From the NCBI RefSeq assembly GCF_009914755.1, contig NC_060938.1: 64,000 nucleotides of DNA; one strand, given 5' to 3'. A model generated the notes under the pieces. It worked only from the letters and a program-made list of their open reading frames with translations, was not told where the DNA came from and did no database searches. This DNA comes from the human T2T-CHM13v2.0 reference genome, Homo sapiens. Within the stretch, counting starts at the first letter, position 1. Each line of letters starts with the position of its first letter. Both the position numbers and the translations under genes were made by a program. This document shows positions 43,954-58,035 of this stretch, one piece after another.

Positions 43954-44097
43954 TTAGTGGCGTTTCATGGTTTTCTTTATCCAGTGTACAAAGCTTGAGA
44001 CTTTGGTGCAGGCTCGTGGAGGCATGCCATTGTTTCGTCCATAGGAGACAATGCCCTGGGCCACCTTGTTACACACAAGAGGGCCTCCAGAGTCCCC
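43954..44097 (-). CDS. GZMB: GZMB exon 5 coding part
   Basis: [47 protein letters not shown]; His247 CAC (43959-43957), TAA 43956-43954. Confidence 0.97.
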   Translation of the reverse strand, partial: GDSGGPLVCNKVAQGIVSYGRNNGMPPRACTKVSSFVHWIKKTMKRH

Positions 44098-47044
44098 CTG
44101 TGAATAGAGAGTGGAAGGACTGAGCTGATGCTCCTCCGGGTCCTGCCCTCTCTTCCATCTCAAGCCCCCTTTTAGAAAAGGCCAACTTGCACAGCCTACA
44201 TGTGGGAGACCAGAGGGCAGGGCAGGCCGCTGGTGGCCCCCAGCTGCCAAGCTCTGGCCCTGGACATTGTTACTGCTTCACCTCATCCCAGGGGCCAGCC
44301 TCCGTCATGTCCCCCAGATCCTGAGATCGGAGGTATGTGGGACCGTTGGCTGTTTAAGGACCCAGAAGTGGGCAAGGAGGGCTGATGTCCACCATGGAGG
44401 ACCAGCCCATTAACCACGTTGGGTACCAGCCTCTGAAGACACACCTGGTTATAATTACTGCACCCCCAGTGGGCACAGTTTCCTAATATCTGTGACCTGG
44501 AGTGGGTGGAGTGTTGCAAATTCATCCTTCCAAAGAAGCACCATCCACCATAAGCCTCTTGGTAAGTTTGCAGAGGCCCTAATTTCTCCCCAGCTCAGTC
44601 TAGTCCCCTTTTCTCTTTCCAGAGAGAAATATCACAGTCTAGTGGGTGAAGGAGTCCCCCACTACTTGAGTCTCCAGGTCTCAGATATTCCCCAAACATC
44701 TTTCTCCCAAGAGCCAATCCAGGCAGGTGCATAGTCTTACCTTAAAGGAAGTCTTTTTAATCTCTGGGTCCCCCACGCACAACTCAATGGTACTGTCGTA
44801 ATAATGGCGTAAGTCAGATTCGCACTTTCGATCTTCCTGCACTGTCATCTTCACCTCTTGTAGTGTGTGTGAGTGTTTTCCCAGGGGGGCCGTCTGCCCC
44901 CAGCCGGCCACACTGCATGTCTGCCCTGGCTTCACCTGGGCCTTGTTGCTAGGTAGCCTGAGGGGCTGCACAGCTCTGGTCCGCTTGGCCTTTCTCTCCA
45001 GCTGGTGGGGAAGAGGCAAGAAAGTCCAGGTCAGCCAACGAACTTCTGGGCCCCGACACAGTGATGGGGCTGCGCAATCTTCCCTCTCCTTTAAGGCACA
45101 GGAACTGGCCAAGAGGTCAGGATGGAAAGGAGGGAAGGGCCTGCATCACAGTGGGAGTGGAACCAACTGGACCAAGAAGAGCAAGAGTGGCAGGAGTGTG
45201 CCTCACCTGCAGTAGCATGATGTCATTGGAGAAGTTCTTAGGATTATAGGCTGGATGGGGGATGGCTCTTTTCACAGGGATAAACTGCTGGGTCGGCTCC
45301 TGTTCCTTGATATTGTGGGCCCCCAAGGTGACATTTATGGAGCTGCACAGAGAGCAGAGTGAGGATGGGGGTGGAGTCACAGTGTATACAGCCCAGAGAC
45401 AGTGAAGAGCAGGTGACAGCTGGGGCAGGGCTGCAGCTGAGGGGAAATTAAGGGGACAGTCGGTCCCCAGGAATTGGAATTCTGGTAATTGCACCAGGTT
45501 TCTCAGGGTTCGGTTCCCCCTAGAAACACAGGTGGAATTGCTTCAGTTTGTATTCTTATGCCAAAGTATGCCCCCAGTTCTAAATATGGCAGGCTTGGTC
45601 ACTCTGCTGTTTCTTACTTCAGCAGCACCTCTGGAACCAACCTTCCCCTCTCTCCACAAACTTAACTGCCCTTTTCTCACCCTCTAAGGAGACCTCCTGG
45701 CATGTGTGTTCACAGGAGCCCAGGGAGCTCCTTCGGAAGAAGGCAGGGGTCTCTGTGGAGTGTTTCCAGGAGGGTGTGGGCTGTTTTCTGCTCCTCACCT
45801 TCCCCAACAGTGAGCAGCTGTCAGCACGAAGTCGTCTCGTATCAGGAAGCCACCGCACCTCTTCAGAGACTTCTGATCCCAGATCATAAGATAAGCCATG
45901 TAGGGGCGGGAGTGGGGCTTGGCCTCATGTCCCCCGATGATCTCCCCTGAAGGAAAAGTCTGTCTGCTTGTGGGCACCCATGGAATCTGCTGGGTGGGCA
46001 CCTGCTTAGTGGCTCCAGAACTCCTGGGCATTTGGGAGCCTGGGATAGCCTGGAGTTGGGAGTGGCCTGGAGGAAGGGGCTTCAATTTCCTGCTCTGAAA
46101 AAGGGAAGAACAGCAGACTTTGGTCTGTAAATCTTTCTTCCATATGTAGTTGAAGGCGAGCATACCTGTCTTAGGGACAGTGAAATCCCAGAGGCTCCTG
46201 ATCATTCCTCTCCTGACTTTGCTTTGTTTCAGGTGAGTTTCCAAGACCCTTATGAGTCCTGTGGTGTCTAGGATAGTGCTGCTTTCTAATGGCCAGGGTG
46301 TAAGTGGAGGGATCTAGATACTGTCATATCCTGTTTCCTAGAGCCTGACATGTAGTGGGTGCCCAGTAAATGTTCATGGCTGCATGATGGACTGGCTCCA
46401 GTTAGCCTCTGGATGAGGGCTGGTAGAGCAGTGCTGGTGGAATTCTAGAAAGCAGGGAAGCTGGGGCCTGCCGTAGTGCCTCATCCTTGGAAAGAGGGGA
46501 GCCACCAAAGGCCAGGGAAGAAAAGCAGAGTTGGAGAATGGGACTGAGCAAACACATTAACAGTGTTCTGAGGACAGTGATTGTACCAATTCTGCTGTCA
46601 GCTGAGCTCTGGGTTTCTCTCCTAAGTAGACAGTGAGAGAAGCACCTGTCTTATCCCAGAAACAGAAGCCAGGCCTACTCTAGAATAATTTAATATTTCT
46701 CTTTTCTAGTTTCCCATCCTCTGCCATTTACTTCTAGGAAAGTCCTACTCTCCAGGTGACAAAGGTGGGCTCTGGGGAAGGGATAGTACCCACTGGCTCT
46801 TCTTGAGAATGGCCTGCTGCTCTGCCATTCCTGCTGATAGCTTATCCAGCATCACACTTGGGGGGTCTTGGTAGAATGGGAGCTGGAGTTCAGAACATTC
46901 CTGGTAGATAGATGGATCAGGAATGTGGAGAAAGGGCAGGAGACCTGTGGGATGGGGTTGGGCCCCCGAGGGTGGAGACGGTCACTCACCTGCATCTGCC
47001 CTGGGCAGCAGGAGGAAGGCCAGCAGAAGCAGGATTGGTTGCAT
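43954..47044 (-). CDS. GZMB: Granzyme B (Asp-ase serine protease), 5 coding exons, 247 aa, R55/A94/H247 allele
   Basis: Exons 46990-47044 (55), 45799-45946 (148), 45207-45342 (136), 44741-45001 (261), 43954-44097 (144) sum to 744 nt; GT-AG introns. Protein: [38 protein letters not shown]..., TAAHC / NDIMLL / GDSGGP, Arg226 in PPRACTK (Asp specificity), ends KKTMKRH*. Confidence 0.99.
44741..45001 (-). CDS. GZMB: GZMB exon 4
   Basis: [17 protein letters not shown]...[14 protein letters not shown]; donor GTAAGA. Confidence 0.97.
45207..45342 (-). CDS. GZMB: GZMB exon 3
   Basis: [45 protein letters not shown]; Ala94 codon GCC (45266-45264). Confidence 0.97.
45799..45946 (-). CDS. GZMB: GZMB exon 2
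   Basis: cttcag|GGGAGATCATCGGG...CACTGTTGGGGAAG|gtgagg; contains Arg55 codon CGA (45839-45837). Confidence 0.97.
46990..47044 (-). CDS. GZMB: GZMB coding exon 1 (signal peptide)
   Basis: ATG at 47044-47042; donor GTGAGT. Confidence 0.97.
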
Positions 47045-47099
47045 CTTCTCAGGAAGGCTGCCCTGGTTGGAGCTGCTGTTGTTTCCCCCTTACTCTCTT

Positions 47100-47300
47100 T
47101 TAGCTCTTGGGAGAGGAAAGAGGTGGAGCAGGCTCAGTGACTTCATGTTCCCCTCTGGTTTTGTGGTGTCTCATCACAGATTTTCTGTAAATGCTGCCCA
47201 CCCCCACTGCCTCTGCCTGATGACGTCCTCTGGGTGCTTGTGTGAGAATCATGCAGTGACCACATCATCACCCACAGCTGATGACTCAGAGTGGACCACC
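47100..47300 (-). promoter_or_regulatory. GZMB proximal promoter: RUNX/CBF, AP-1 and CRE sites
   Basis: TGTGGT 47162-47167 abutting AP-1-like TGTCTCA 47167-47173; CRE-like TGACGTC 47221-47227; second RUNX site ACCACA 47259-47264; perfect AP-1 TGACTCA 47282-47288. Matches the established AP-1/CBF/CRE architecture of granzyme B promoters. Confidence 0.8.
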
Positions 47301-48790
47301 TATTCAGCCCAGAGCAGGAACCCAAGCCTATGAAGTGAACTGTAGGATGTGGTATCAGCCAGTAGAGGTACTGGAGCACCAGAAACCTGAGTTCCCAGTG
47401 ATAGAACCGCCAATGCCTCATGGCCATGCTGCTAAATCCATCAGGATAGTTTCTTTAGCAGGTATGTGTTTGAGCCCTTCTGTTGTGCTAGAACCAAGCA
47501 TGTTGGAGATGTGTCTCCTTCACTTAGAGAGCTGACCATCTGGTTGAAGAGACGGAAATGCCAGGAGCCAGAGTACAGTTTGGGGAGGGCTATGGTAGCA
47601 CAATACACAAGGCAGTAACAAAGCATGGCCACCATCTACTAGACCCATCTAGCAACCCATTTATTATCATAGCTTCCTTTCTAGAGAATTTCTAACATCC
47701 CTTATTTAGTTACAAATGTTTAGTGTGAGAGTCCACCTCTTTTCTGAATGCTTTCAATAAAAGTCCTGTACTTGACATTTTATTGGGCTAGATTAATGAA
47801 TTGCTAGGAGTCAAATCCACTTTGGGTAGGCTGGGGTCAGTCTACTCAAGCCACTAGAACCAAGAATGAGAAAGGGCTGGTTCTCTAAAGGACGTTTGTG
47901 GTGCTAAATTGCTGATACCATATGAAGTGAGGAAGCATGCCAGGCAGCCAAAGATCAGTAGTTGTGTTGTTTAGTATTCTGTCTCCTGTCCAGAGAGCCA
48001 CACTTCTTACATAGCAGGCTCAGCACATAACAGGCTCGCAGTAAACATTTGCTAAACAAACTACACTAATGCTATCATTATAATGGATGTGAAAGATTGT
48101 TGTTTCTGAACAGCCCGTGCCCAATTCTGTTAAAAGACAACTAAGTCTCTCTACATGGTTCGATTCTTGTGATTTGTTTCCACCTTTATATTTTCTGTGA
48201 GGAAATTTTTCTATGAGGAATGGTATATCTCAAAATATAGAATTCCAGTGTAAACGTCTTCCTTGTCAATAGCAAGCCAACTACATTTATCAAACTTCTA
48301 TTTTTTGAACCTAGCTTGCCCCATAGTAGACGTTTTAAAAATAATTTTTTCTGATTATAGTCATAATATATGTTTGTTAAGAAAATTTGGAAAGTAGGAA
48401 GGGAAAATATCACTTTTTAACCTGTCTCCCACAGACTGACTGTTACCATAAGCAGTGTGTTTTAAATACTTGGGATCACATTGTACATACAATGCAATTT
48501 ATTTTATCCTTGATTAACCCTACAAATTAAGCATTTTCCCCATGCTCGTAGAAATCTTAGTCAATACAACTATAGTCTTTCTTTCCTAGGCATTAAAAAA
48601 TTTAATATGCAAGTAATTTTTAAATAATTTTAGCAAAGCGAAAATAATAAACATTACCTAATTTCTCATCATTCACTGATAACCATCTTTAATGTCTTGA
48701 AATATGCTCTAGCACATTTTTTCTCATGTAATATCTGCATTTTTTAAAATTAAAAGGGGATTATGCTAAACATAAGTTTATGACCCATTT

Positions 48791-50900
48791 AAAAAATTGA
48801 GGTAAAATTCACATAACATACAATTAACCATTTTAAAGTATTCAATTCAGTGACATTTAGCACATTCAAAATCTGCAACCACCACCTCTGGATATTTCAT
48901 ATAAACGGAATCACACAATACATGACCTGTTGTGGCTGGCTACATTCACTTGTAATAATGTTTCTGAGATTCATACAAGCTGTAGCACATGCCAGTATTC
49001 GTTCTTTTTAATGGAAAAATAATATTCCCATTGTATGTTTATACCACAAGTTATTTGTTCATCTGTCAATGGACATTTGGGTTGTTTTCATCTTTTGGCT
49101 ATTGTAGCTAATGCAGCAATAATAAGCATTTGTGTACAAATTTCTGCATGAACAATATGTTTTCAGTTCTTTTGGATATATACCAAATATATATACTTTT
49201 GGAATTTCTGAGTTATACAATAATCCTATTTTTAATTTTTTAAGGAACCACCAAACTGTTTTCCACAGTGGTTGTACCCTTTTGCATTGCTTATCAGCAA
49301 CATAGGAAAGTTCCTATTTCTCTGCATCCTTGCTGACACTTGTTATTTTAAAATTATTATCTTCATCCTAATGGGTGTAAAGTAGTATGTCATATGGTTT
49401 TGATTCACATTTCCTTTATGAGTAATGATGTTGAGCATCACTTCATGTGTTTGCTGGTTATTCGCATATCTTCTTTGGAGAAATGTTGATTCAAGTCCTT
49501 TGCCCATTCTTAAAATTGCGTTGTTTTTGTTTTCATTGTTGAGCTGGAAGAGTTTGTTATATATTCTGTATACTCAGCCCTTATCAGATATGTGGCTTGT
49601 AAATATTTTCTCCCATTCTGCAGATTGTCTTTTCATTTTCTTGATATTGTCATTTCATGTGCAAATTAAAAAAATTTTATGCATTCAAATGTATCAATTT
49701 TATCTTTTGTTGCTTGTGCTTTTGGTGTCAAATTTAAGAATCCATTGACAAATCAGAAACCATGAAGATTACGCCTGTTTTCTTCTAAGAGTTTTATGGT
49801 TTTGGCCCTTATATTTAGGATTGATTTATTTTAAATTAATTATTGTATGTGACATAAGGTAGGAGTCTACTAGAGTATTTTGCACATGGCTATCCAATTG
49901 TTCCAGCATCACTTGTTGAAGATATTATTCTTTCCCCACTGAATGTTCAAGACCCCCTTGACAATCCTTATCAAAAATCAAATGGCCATAAATGTTGAGT
50001 TTATTTCTGGACTCTGAATCTATTCCATTGATCCATATGTCTATCCTTATGCCTTTGCCATGCTGTTTTAATTACTGTAGCTTGTAAGTTTTGAAATTGA
50101 GAAGTGTAAGTACTCCAACTTTGTTTTTCTATTTCAATATTGGTTTTGCTTTTTTGGATCCTATGGAATTACATATGAATTTTAGGATTGGCTTTTCCAT
50201 TTCAGCAAAGAAGACCATTTGAAATTTTGACAGAGATTGCATTGAATCTATAGATTGCTTTGGGAAGTATTGCCATTTAACAATATTAAGTATCCCTATC
50301 CGTGAACATGGGACATCTTTCCATTTAATCAGCAATTATTTGTGGTTTTTAGTGTACAATTCTTTCACTTCCTTGGTTAAATTTAGTCCCATGTATTTTA
50401 TTCTTTGGGATGTTATTATAAAGGAAATTGTTTTCTTAGTTTCCTTTTTTTATTGTTCATTGTGGGTTTGTGTATAGAAACACAACTGATTTTGTACCCT
50501 GAAATTTGTTGAATTTGCTTATTAACTCTACTAGTTTTTGTGTGGATTATTTGGGATTTTCTTTGTATACAGTCATGTCATCTGCAAATAGAAATAGTTT
50601 TACTTCTTCCTTCATAATTGGATACCTTTTCTTTCATTTTCTTACCTAATTGCTCTGTTTAGGAATTCCAGTGCAATATTGAATAGCAGTGATGAAGTGA
50701 GCATCTGGTTGGATTTTCTATTTCTTCTTGAGTCTGTTTTGGTAGTTTCTGTGTTTCTAGTAATTTGTCCATTTCATCTAGACTACCTAATTTGTTGGTG
50801 TACAAATGTAGATAGTATTCTTTTTATAGTCCTTTTAATTTCTCTAAGGTTGGTAGTAATGTCTCCACTTTTATTTCTAATTTTAGTAATATAAGTCTTC
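48791..50900 (-). mobile_element. L1MB-like element (3'UTR and ORF2 remnant) upstream of GZMB
   Basis: TTGAGGTAAAATTCACATAACATACAATTAACCATTTTAAAG 3' end; ORF2 fragments such as KWKDVPCSRIG. Confidence 0.85.
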
Positions 50901-51426
50901 TACAAACTTCACCATCTCCTATAATTTTCAGGGACTTGGGGAGAAAAATTAAGGAGGTGCTGAAGAATAAAAGTCTTTTGTCTATATCTCTGATGTTAGA
51001 TTCTGATTCTGTTAGAAGAGAGAGGTACCTCAGTGGCTACCATATGGTGATGGAAAAGTTTATTCATATTACACACGCTCTTCCCTTTTATTCCTTATTT
51101 CCCTGCTGTTCTTAATCTGTAGAAGAATGTCATGCCTTGCCCATGAAGGGAAATACTCTTGGGTATTAGCCTTTCACTGAACCACAGCTAGTCCCTTTTC
51201 AAAGTGGCCAAGGCCAATCCTTACAGGTAAATGAGAACAGCATAATGACATGACATTCCCACACTCATACATGACATTTGATTCTGATGTTGTGACCTGA
51301 TTTCCCTGAGCTTGATCATTCTCTTAAGTCATGGCAAAGTCAGAACTTACAGGCATAAGGAGCCAGAAGTTGGCCCTAGATTTCATTTGACCATGAGACT
51401 CAGCTATGTTGTAGAGAAGAAAATCT

Positions 51427-51733
51427 GTTTTTTTGTTTTGTTTTGTTTTTTGAGACGGCATCTTGCTCTGTCACCCAGGCTGGAGTGCATTGGTCCGATC
51501 TTGGCTCACTGCAACCTCCGCTCCCTGGGCTCAAGTGATTCTCGTGCCTCAGCCTCCGGAGTAGCTGGGATTACAGGTGTGTACCACCATGCCCAACGAA
51601 TTTTTGTACTTTTAGTGGAGGCAGGATTTCACCATGTTGCCCAGACTGGTCTTGAACTCCTGGCCTCAAGTGATCTACACACTTTGGCCTCTTAAAGTAC
51701 TGGGATTACAGGTATGAGCCACCACACTTGACC
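51427..51733 (-). mobile_element. AluJ (Jb-like)
   Basis: J-type features (GGCTCAAG, TTGCCCAG, CTGGCCTCAAG); TSD TGTAGAGAAGAAA(A/T)TCT. Confidence 0.88.
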
Positions 51734-53689
51734 TGTAGAGAAGAAATTCTTGTCTCAGTTAAAAGTTATCTCTGCATTCCTATTAGGATAGGATGCTAGT
51801 CAGAATTCCTGGGATATGTACATAAAATCAAAAATAATTTGAGATAAAAAATCTGTCAGCAAAGAAGAACTTAGGTAACATATTAGAGTGGAGAATGTGG
51901 TACTTCCATTTTGCTTCTGTGGTAGTAAGGATTGGGAAGAGGGCAGAGATGGGAAGAGAAAAGTGTTTCTAGGACAGACATACATCTATTATTTTTCTGG
52001 AGTTTGAGTATCTACTAGAACAACCTTTAATTTTCCCTTATTGCCTATTCTTATCATTGCCCAGCCACCATCACAAATGAAAAAAGGATGGAGAAGAACA
52101 AGTCTGGATGTTGGGTTGGGGACAATCCAGTAAGACTCTGGAGTGGGTAAATGTCTGGTGTGGATGAAAAGAGGCCTACAGAAGAAGGGGGAGTAGAAGT
52201 AGGTTTGAGTGAGAACAGTGCGCCCACCTCCACCAAACCGGGAGCAAGTGTGACAATACAGACTCAGAAAAGTAAATTGGCATGGACTGCACTTCCGGGT
52301 TGGAGCAAGTTGAAAGGCATCAATGTTCTGGGCTGTGATGTCACCTTCAATGTGACCTTGGGTCATTCTCAAGATCCACCCCACATCCCCATAACCTGGG
52401 GGTTTTTACATTCCCAGGATCTTTGCCCACCAAGGCCACTGCCCTTTCCCAAAGCATCTTGTTTCCACAGAGTCTGAAGTTCACATACTAATGTTCTGGA
52501 GTGATGGACTCTCTCTTAAGTATCTTGTTTACAGTCTCATGCTGTGCATTTTTTTTTTTTTTTACCATGTCTGCATGGGATATGGCAAAGGGTTTGGTTT
52601 AGTGTAGGTAAAAAGAATGCTGCAGAATCATTCACTAGAACCTTTAGCATATGATTGCAAAGTTGGTGGGTCTTTCTCTTTTTCTCTCTATCTCAAAGTT
52701 CAGGGCAAGTATAATAATAAGTTATTGTGTTTGGAAACAAATTCATGCTTAAGCATTCTTATGTTATATCCCCTCTCTGTTCCCCAGACGTGGTATGACA
52801 TCTACTTGTGGACACACTCTGCTTTCTGGTTTTTCTGTTTCTGATTAGAAACTCAAAAACAATATGAGAAACATACCTGAAAACAGCAGAAGATCTGGAT
52901 CATTCCAGCCAGCAATTCAAAGTCTGCCAAAGGGAAATCAAGTATTGTAGAAACCTACGGGGCCTCTCAGAGCATTTTACCAGTGGAACTGTGGCAGGGT
53001 GACTGATTGTGGTATTCTCTTTGTATTCTCTATGCTGAATCATTTGCCAGAACTTCCAATATATGATTGCAAAACTAGACTTTTTTAATGTTATCTTGTC
53101 TCAGATTTCTAAGCCTGAAAGATTGAGGCTGTTGCTGAACGATGCTTAATTAACCAAGGCATTGAGCTCCAACCATGAGGCTTTGAGGAGTTTGATATCT
53201 AGCCCCTCTTGGCATCATATGCTAAGACTGGCTGTGAGGCTATGAGAATCTTAAGTACCTGCACGCTGTTCATAAGTGGTACTCTAAAACTCCTGAGGAA
53301 ATAAGGGAGACTGGAATTAGTGGGATTAGCTTGTGGGATTAGCTTGTGTCCTTTGGCTTAGCCTCTTTCTCTCCAGAAATTTCACTTTTGGCTCAGTCCT
53401 CACAGGGGAAGAAAGTCTTGTCCAAAGATGGCGTCTACCCTGGGCTCCACTGTGTATCCCAGAGGAGAGCATCTTTACTGTGGAATGGACTTCCAGCTGA
53501 CTCATGTTGGGGAAAGGTGAGCTGGGGCATAGGCACCTCATAGCTAGCTTCTAATAATCTGAGGTTCTCATTTGGTAGCAGAATTAGTTGTTTTGAGCAT
53601 GACTCTGGTGAAGGAGAAATCAAGGAAGAGGGACAGAAAGGGCATTAATATGAATCCCTATCTTACTGTATTACAAAGCGTATAAAAGC

Positions 53690-53810
53690 GGGTTTATATA
53701 TGTTATCTCATTGCATTCTGTACATGCTGTATGGCAGTTAACCTTGATCACATTTTAAAATGAAAGACTCAGAGATATTAAGTGATGTGCCCCAGGTCAC
53801 ATGGTTACAA
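53690..53810 (-). mobile_element. MIR fragment
   Basis: cattttaaaatgaaagactcagagatattaagtgatgtgccccaggtcaca. Confidence 0.6.
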
Positions 53811-54219
53811 AAAGTGTACACACACACTACATGCCTGAAAAGCTGCAAACTTTCCTCTCTATCAGTCTTAGAAGTGGGGAAGCTTCTTCTAAGTTGGCAA
53901 TTTCAACTCAGCGAAGCAAAGTGCCCTCACAATTAGAGTTCTCTTGGGAATGGCTGTTCTGGTGAGCCCGTGTACTTTCTCTCCAGGGAGTTGTTGCAAC
54001 AGTGGCTGGAAAACATCTTAGGGCAACTGGGAGGTTATCATGAGCATGCACATAAGATCTTTTAAGACCTCTTGCAACTGTGAGCATTTGCCTCTCAGCT
54101 GGAAGAGATCTGATCTGGGATTCGATTGCCAATTTCTGGGCCTCTTACCATCACCTATCAAAAGAGGATATGGGCTACAATACAGGTTTTAAAATGTTTT
54201 TAACTATAGAATCCTTTCT

Positions 54220-54530
54220 TCAAATGGATTATGTATGTGTTAAGGTAGCTTTTTGAAATCATATGTCTATATTTATCTATATTCTGTATACCTAAACCTA
54301 TATCTCTATTTTTACATATCTATTTACACATATCTTTATATATCTTTACTTATCTTTACATATGTATTTACACATAGACATACTTAAATATACATAATTG
54401 TCTATATTTATTTTATATATAATTACAAACAGACAACACATGTGTATATGTGTGTGATATATATATGCATGTTCATATATATGTGTATGTGTTTGTCTGT
54501 TTAGTTGTTGTATATTTTTGTTTGTTTTGA
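54220..54530. repeat. Low-complexity TA/TC/TG-rich simple repeat
   Basis: Degenerate (TATATC)n and (TA/TG)n runs. Confidence 0.7.
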
Positions 54531-55129
54531 TCACTTCATTTCCCTTTCCAAACATGATCTTGGTACATTTATCTCAGGAGTATTTTCAGAAGGTGTGAAG
54601 TAAACTACTCTCCCCTTATTATGAAAGTGGCCAAGATCATTAAGATATTCTGGTTGAGATTTTGAAATTACCTGGCACATATTTCATACAAACTTGAAGA
54701 TAATTGGAGGGAATAAGACAACATGAAGTGTCATAATAGATATGATAAAGAACTAAATAGATCTTCCAAAAATAAAAAGTGAAATAAAATTAAATGCTAA
54801 ATGAATATGTTTTCTTGCAGATTGAAGACGAACAGAAAAGAGAATTATCAACTGAAAGAACAATCAGAATAAATTAGAGTACAACACACAAAAAACAAAA
54901 CTAGTCTAGTAACTAGAAACTGCTAAAGGAAAATGAACACTTTTTATATAGGATGATAATCACAATTCCTATTGGCATTTAAAAAAAGTGTAGAATTAAA
55001 ATACAAAAATGTTGGGAGAAGATAAATGAGGTTTAAAGTCCTAAGTTTCTTGTATTTTCAGGAAGGAGGGTAAATTATTGATTAAATTTAGTTTTGATGG
55101 GTTTAACAAAATATGCTGTAATTTTGCCT

Positions 55130-56047
<918 letters not shown>

Positions 56048-58035
56048 GTTTTCATTTCCAAGATGGTAGATTAAAGTCATTGTTAGCATGCCTCTCTTAT
56101 TTGGAAAGACAAAATAGTGTGTAGAGATTCACGCTGTGAACTTTTTTTCCAGGAAGCAACACAGGAGCTTAAGAGGAAAATTGAAAGAAACCACAGACCC
56201 TTTGAAAGAAGTGGCAAACTGCAGCTTACACCATGAGCCAGGCAGAAAACTCTGAGTCCTCAGAGTGTGAAAGGAAGAGAAACTGCCTCTGGGATATGCA
56301 CTCCCACTGGGGAACCTGGCAATCCAGGCCACGGGGAAGACCTTAACCCTACCCAGTGCTGGAGCTGATTTAATGAGCTGAGGGGAGTATATGAGAAGGA
56401 GCAGCTTCAGGATGTGCTTTGCTTGCACTCCTAGACTCTACTGGGGACAGAGGGAAGCCATTCCTGATCCTACCTCACAGAGGACCATGCAGAAGTCAGC
56501 CAACTAGCTCAGGCAGTGGCCATGGGCTGAGAGGAGTGAGAAGCTCCCAACTGAGATTCACAATATAATCTCTAGCAGGGATGGACCTCCTTGACCAGAA
56601 CTGAGGGGCAAGTGGGAAGTGCGCTGTGCCCACAGGTGTAGGAGCTGGGTGCCCCTGCTTCGCTAGCAGATCAGGAGGGGCATGGCCTGAGCAGTTTTTG
56701 TCTTGGCAGCCAGAGAAGGCTTATGGTCTGGGACAGTTTTGAGTGCTGAATGCAGCCTGCTTGCAACCTAGATGGCCGCTGCCAGTAGAACACTGTGGGT
56801 CTGAGACCTGTCTTGCCAAGTGCATAGGGGCTGAGTGGGGCTTACTGCCACCTGTACTCCCCACTTCCTGTGTGGACTCTTCTGTGCGGCAGGGGCAACT
56901 GCACTCCTCCCTGGAACATTATCCCAGCATCCAGAGAACTGCCCTCTGATCCCCACTGGGCCACTGATTGCACCTGCACGTGGATAGCCAGAGCGCGAAC
57001 TTGCCTGACTCAGCCCCGACCTGGTTTGCCTTTTTACCCACCCTGGTAGCTTAACACAAAGGACAGAAACTTTCGGGAGTGTTATGGACCTGCCCATTGC
57101 TTGAGACACCAGAGTACCTCCCCTGGTCACATAAGCCAAGCATGAATTCCACCACTACTACTGCAGTCAGTGCTCTTTCGCACCAACTGCACCTCCTGGC
57201 TATAGGCCAATCAACATAGTCCATTACAACATCTGTAGGCAGAATAACACAGCACTGGGAAGGAGAAAACTTTTGCATGACTACAGCTACCACCATTGCC
57301 TGCATCACCCTGGCTAACCAGGAGGTCTTGAGTCTGTTCACATGACCAGATCATTACTACTACAACTGAAATTAGAGAAAGCCAGCACACTAAGGCTATT
57401 TGTAACCAAAGAATCTCACAGAGTTTACTTTACTCCTCTGCCAGCCCCATCAGAGCTGGTGCTGGTACCCACTGCTGGGAGACTTGAGGATAAGTCACAT
57501 CGCTGGACCCTTTGCAGACATTCCCTAGCACAGGCCTGGAATGTAGCAGCCCCATTGGGTGGCCAGATCCAGAGCCGCAGCAGCAATCATAGTAGTCTGG
57601 CACTCAGGGACTCCTACTCCTAGGGTAAGCAGGAGTGCACCACATGAAGGGAGCACCCTGTGGGACAAAGGAATCCAGATGGCAGGCTTTGAGTCTCAGA
57701 ACTTTACAATTGTGGGAAATTTCTTTCAGCAGAGAGACAGGTGCAGTGCTGGGCTCAGTGGGGAAGTCTGTGGCTCTACCTCACCAGTCAGGCAGCCCTG
57801 GTGCTTGTGAAGGGTCTTGGAGAATAGGACTTCTCCCCCTCATGCACCACTGCTGACACAGCTGGGGTTTCTCACAAAGGAACTCGGCATGAGTGCACCT
57901 GTAGACAGCCTTTCTGGGACCCTTCAGGTGACTGCATTCCCACAGGACAAGTGCCCTCCAGGCTCAGGCTTGTATGAGAGGTAGAGTCACAATTCATCTC
58001 TACATTCTTGCAGCTGAAAAGACGTGTCTGTCTGA

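Noticed and set aside
45795-46244. 149-aa ORF suggesting an N-terminally extended granzyme B
   Set aside because: It is intron-1 sequence in frame with exon 2, starts at a non-ATG codon and lacks a signal peptide; the canonical exon 1 is intact.
47046-47055. TTC-N4-GAA (STAT6-type) just before the ATG in both genes (also 22497-22506)
   Set aside because: Sits in a generally conserved 5'UTR/Kozak block, so conservation is not specific evidence for the motif.
51750-53680. Apparently unique DNA 5-6.5 kb upstream of GZMB as a possible enhancer or extra granzyme pseudogene
   Set aside because: No serine-protease motifs (IIGG, TAAHC, GDSGGP) seen in the ORF track or by eye, and no convincing motif cluster; needs chromatin data.
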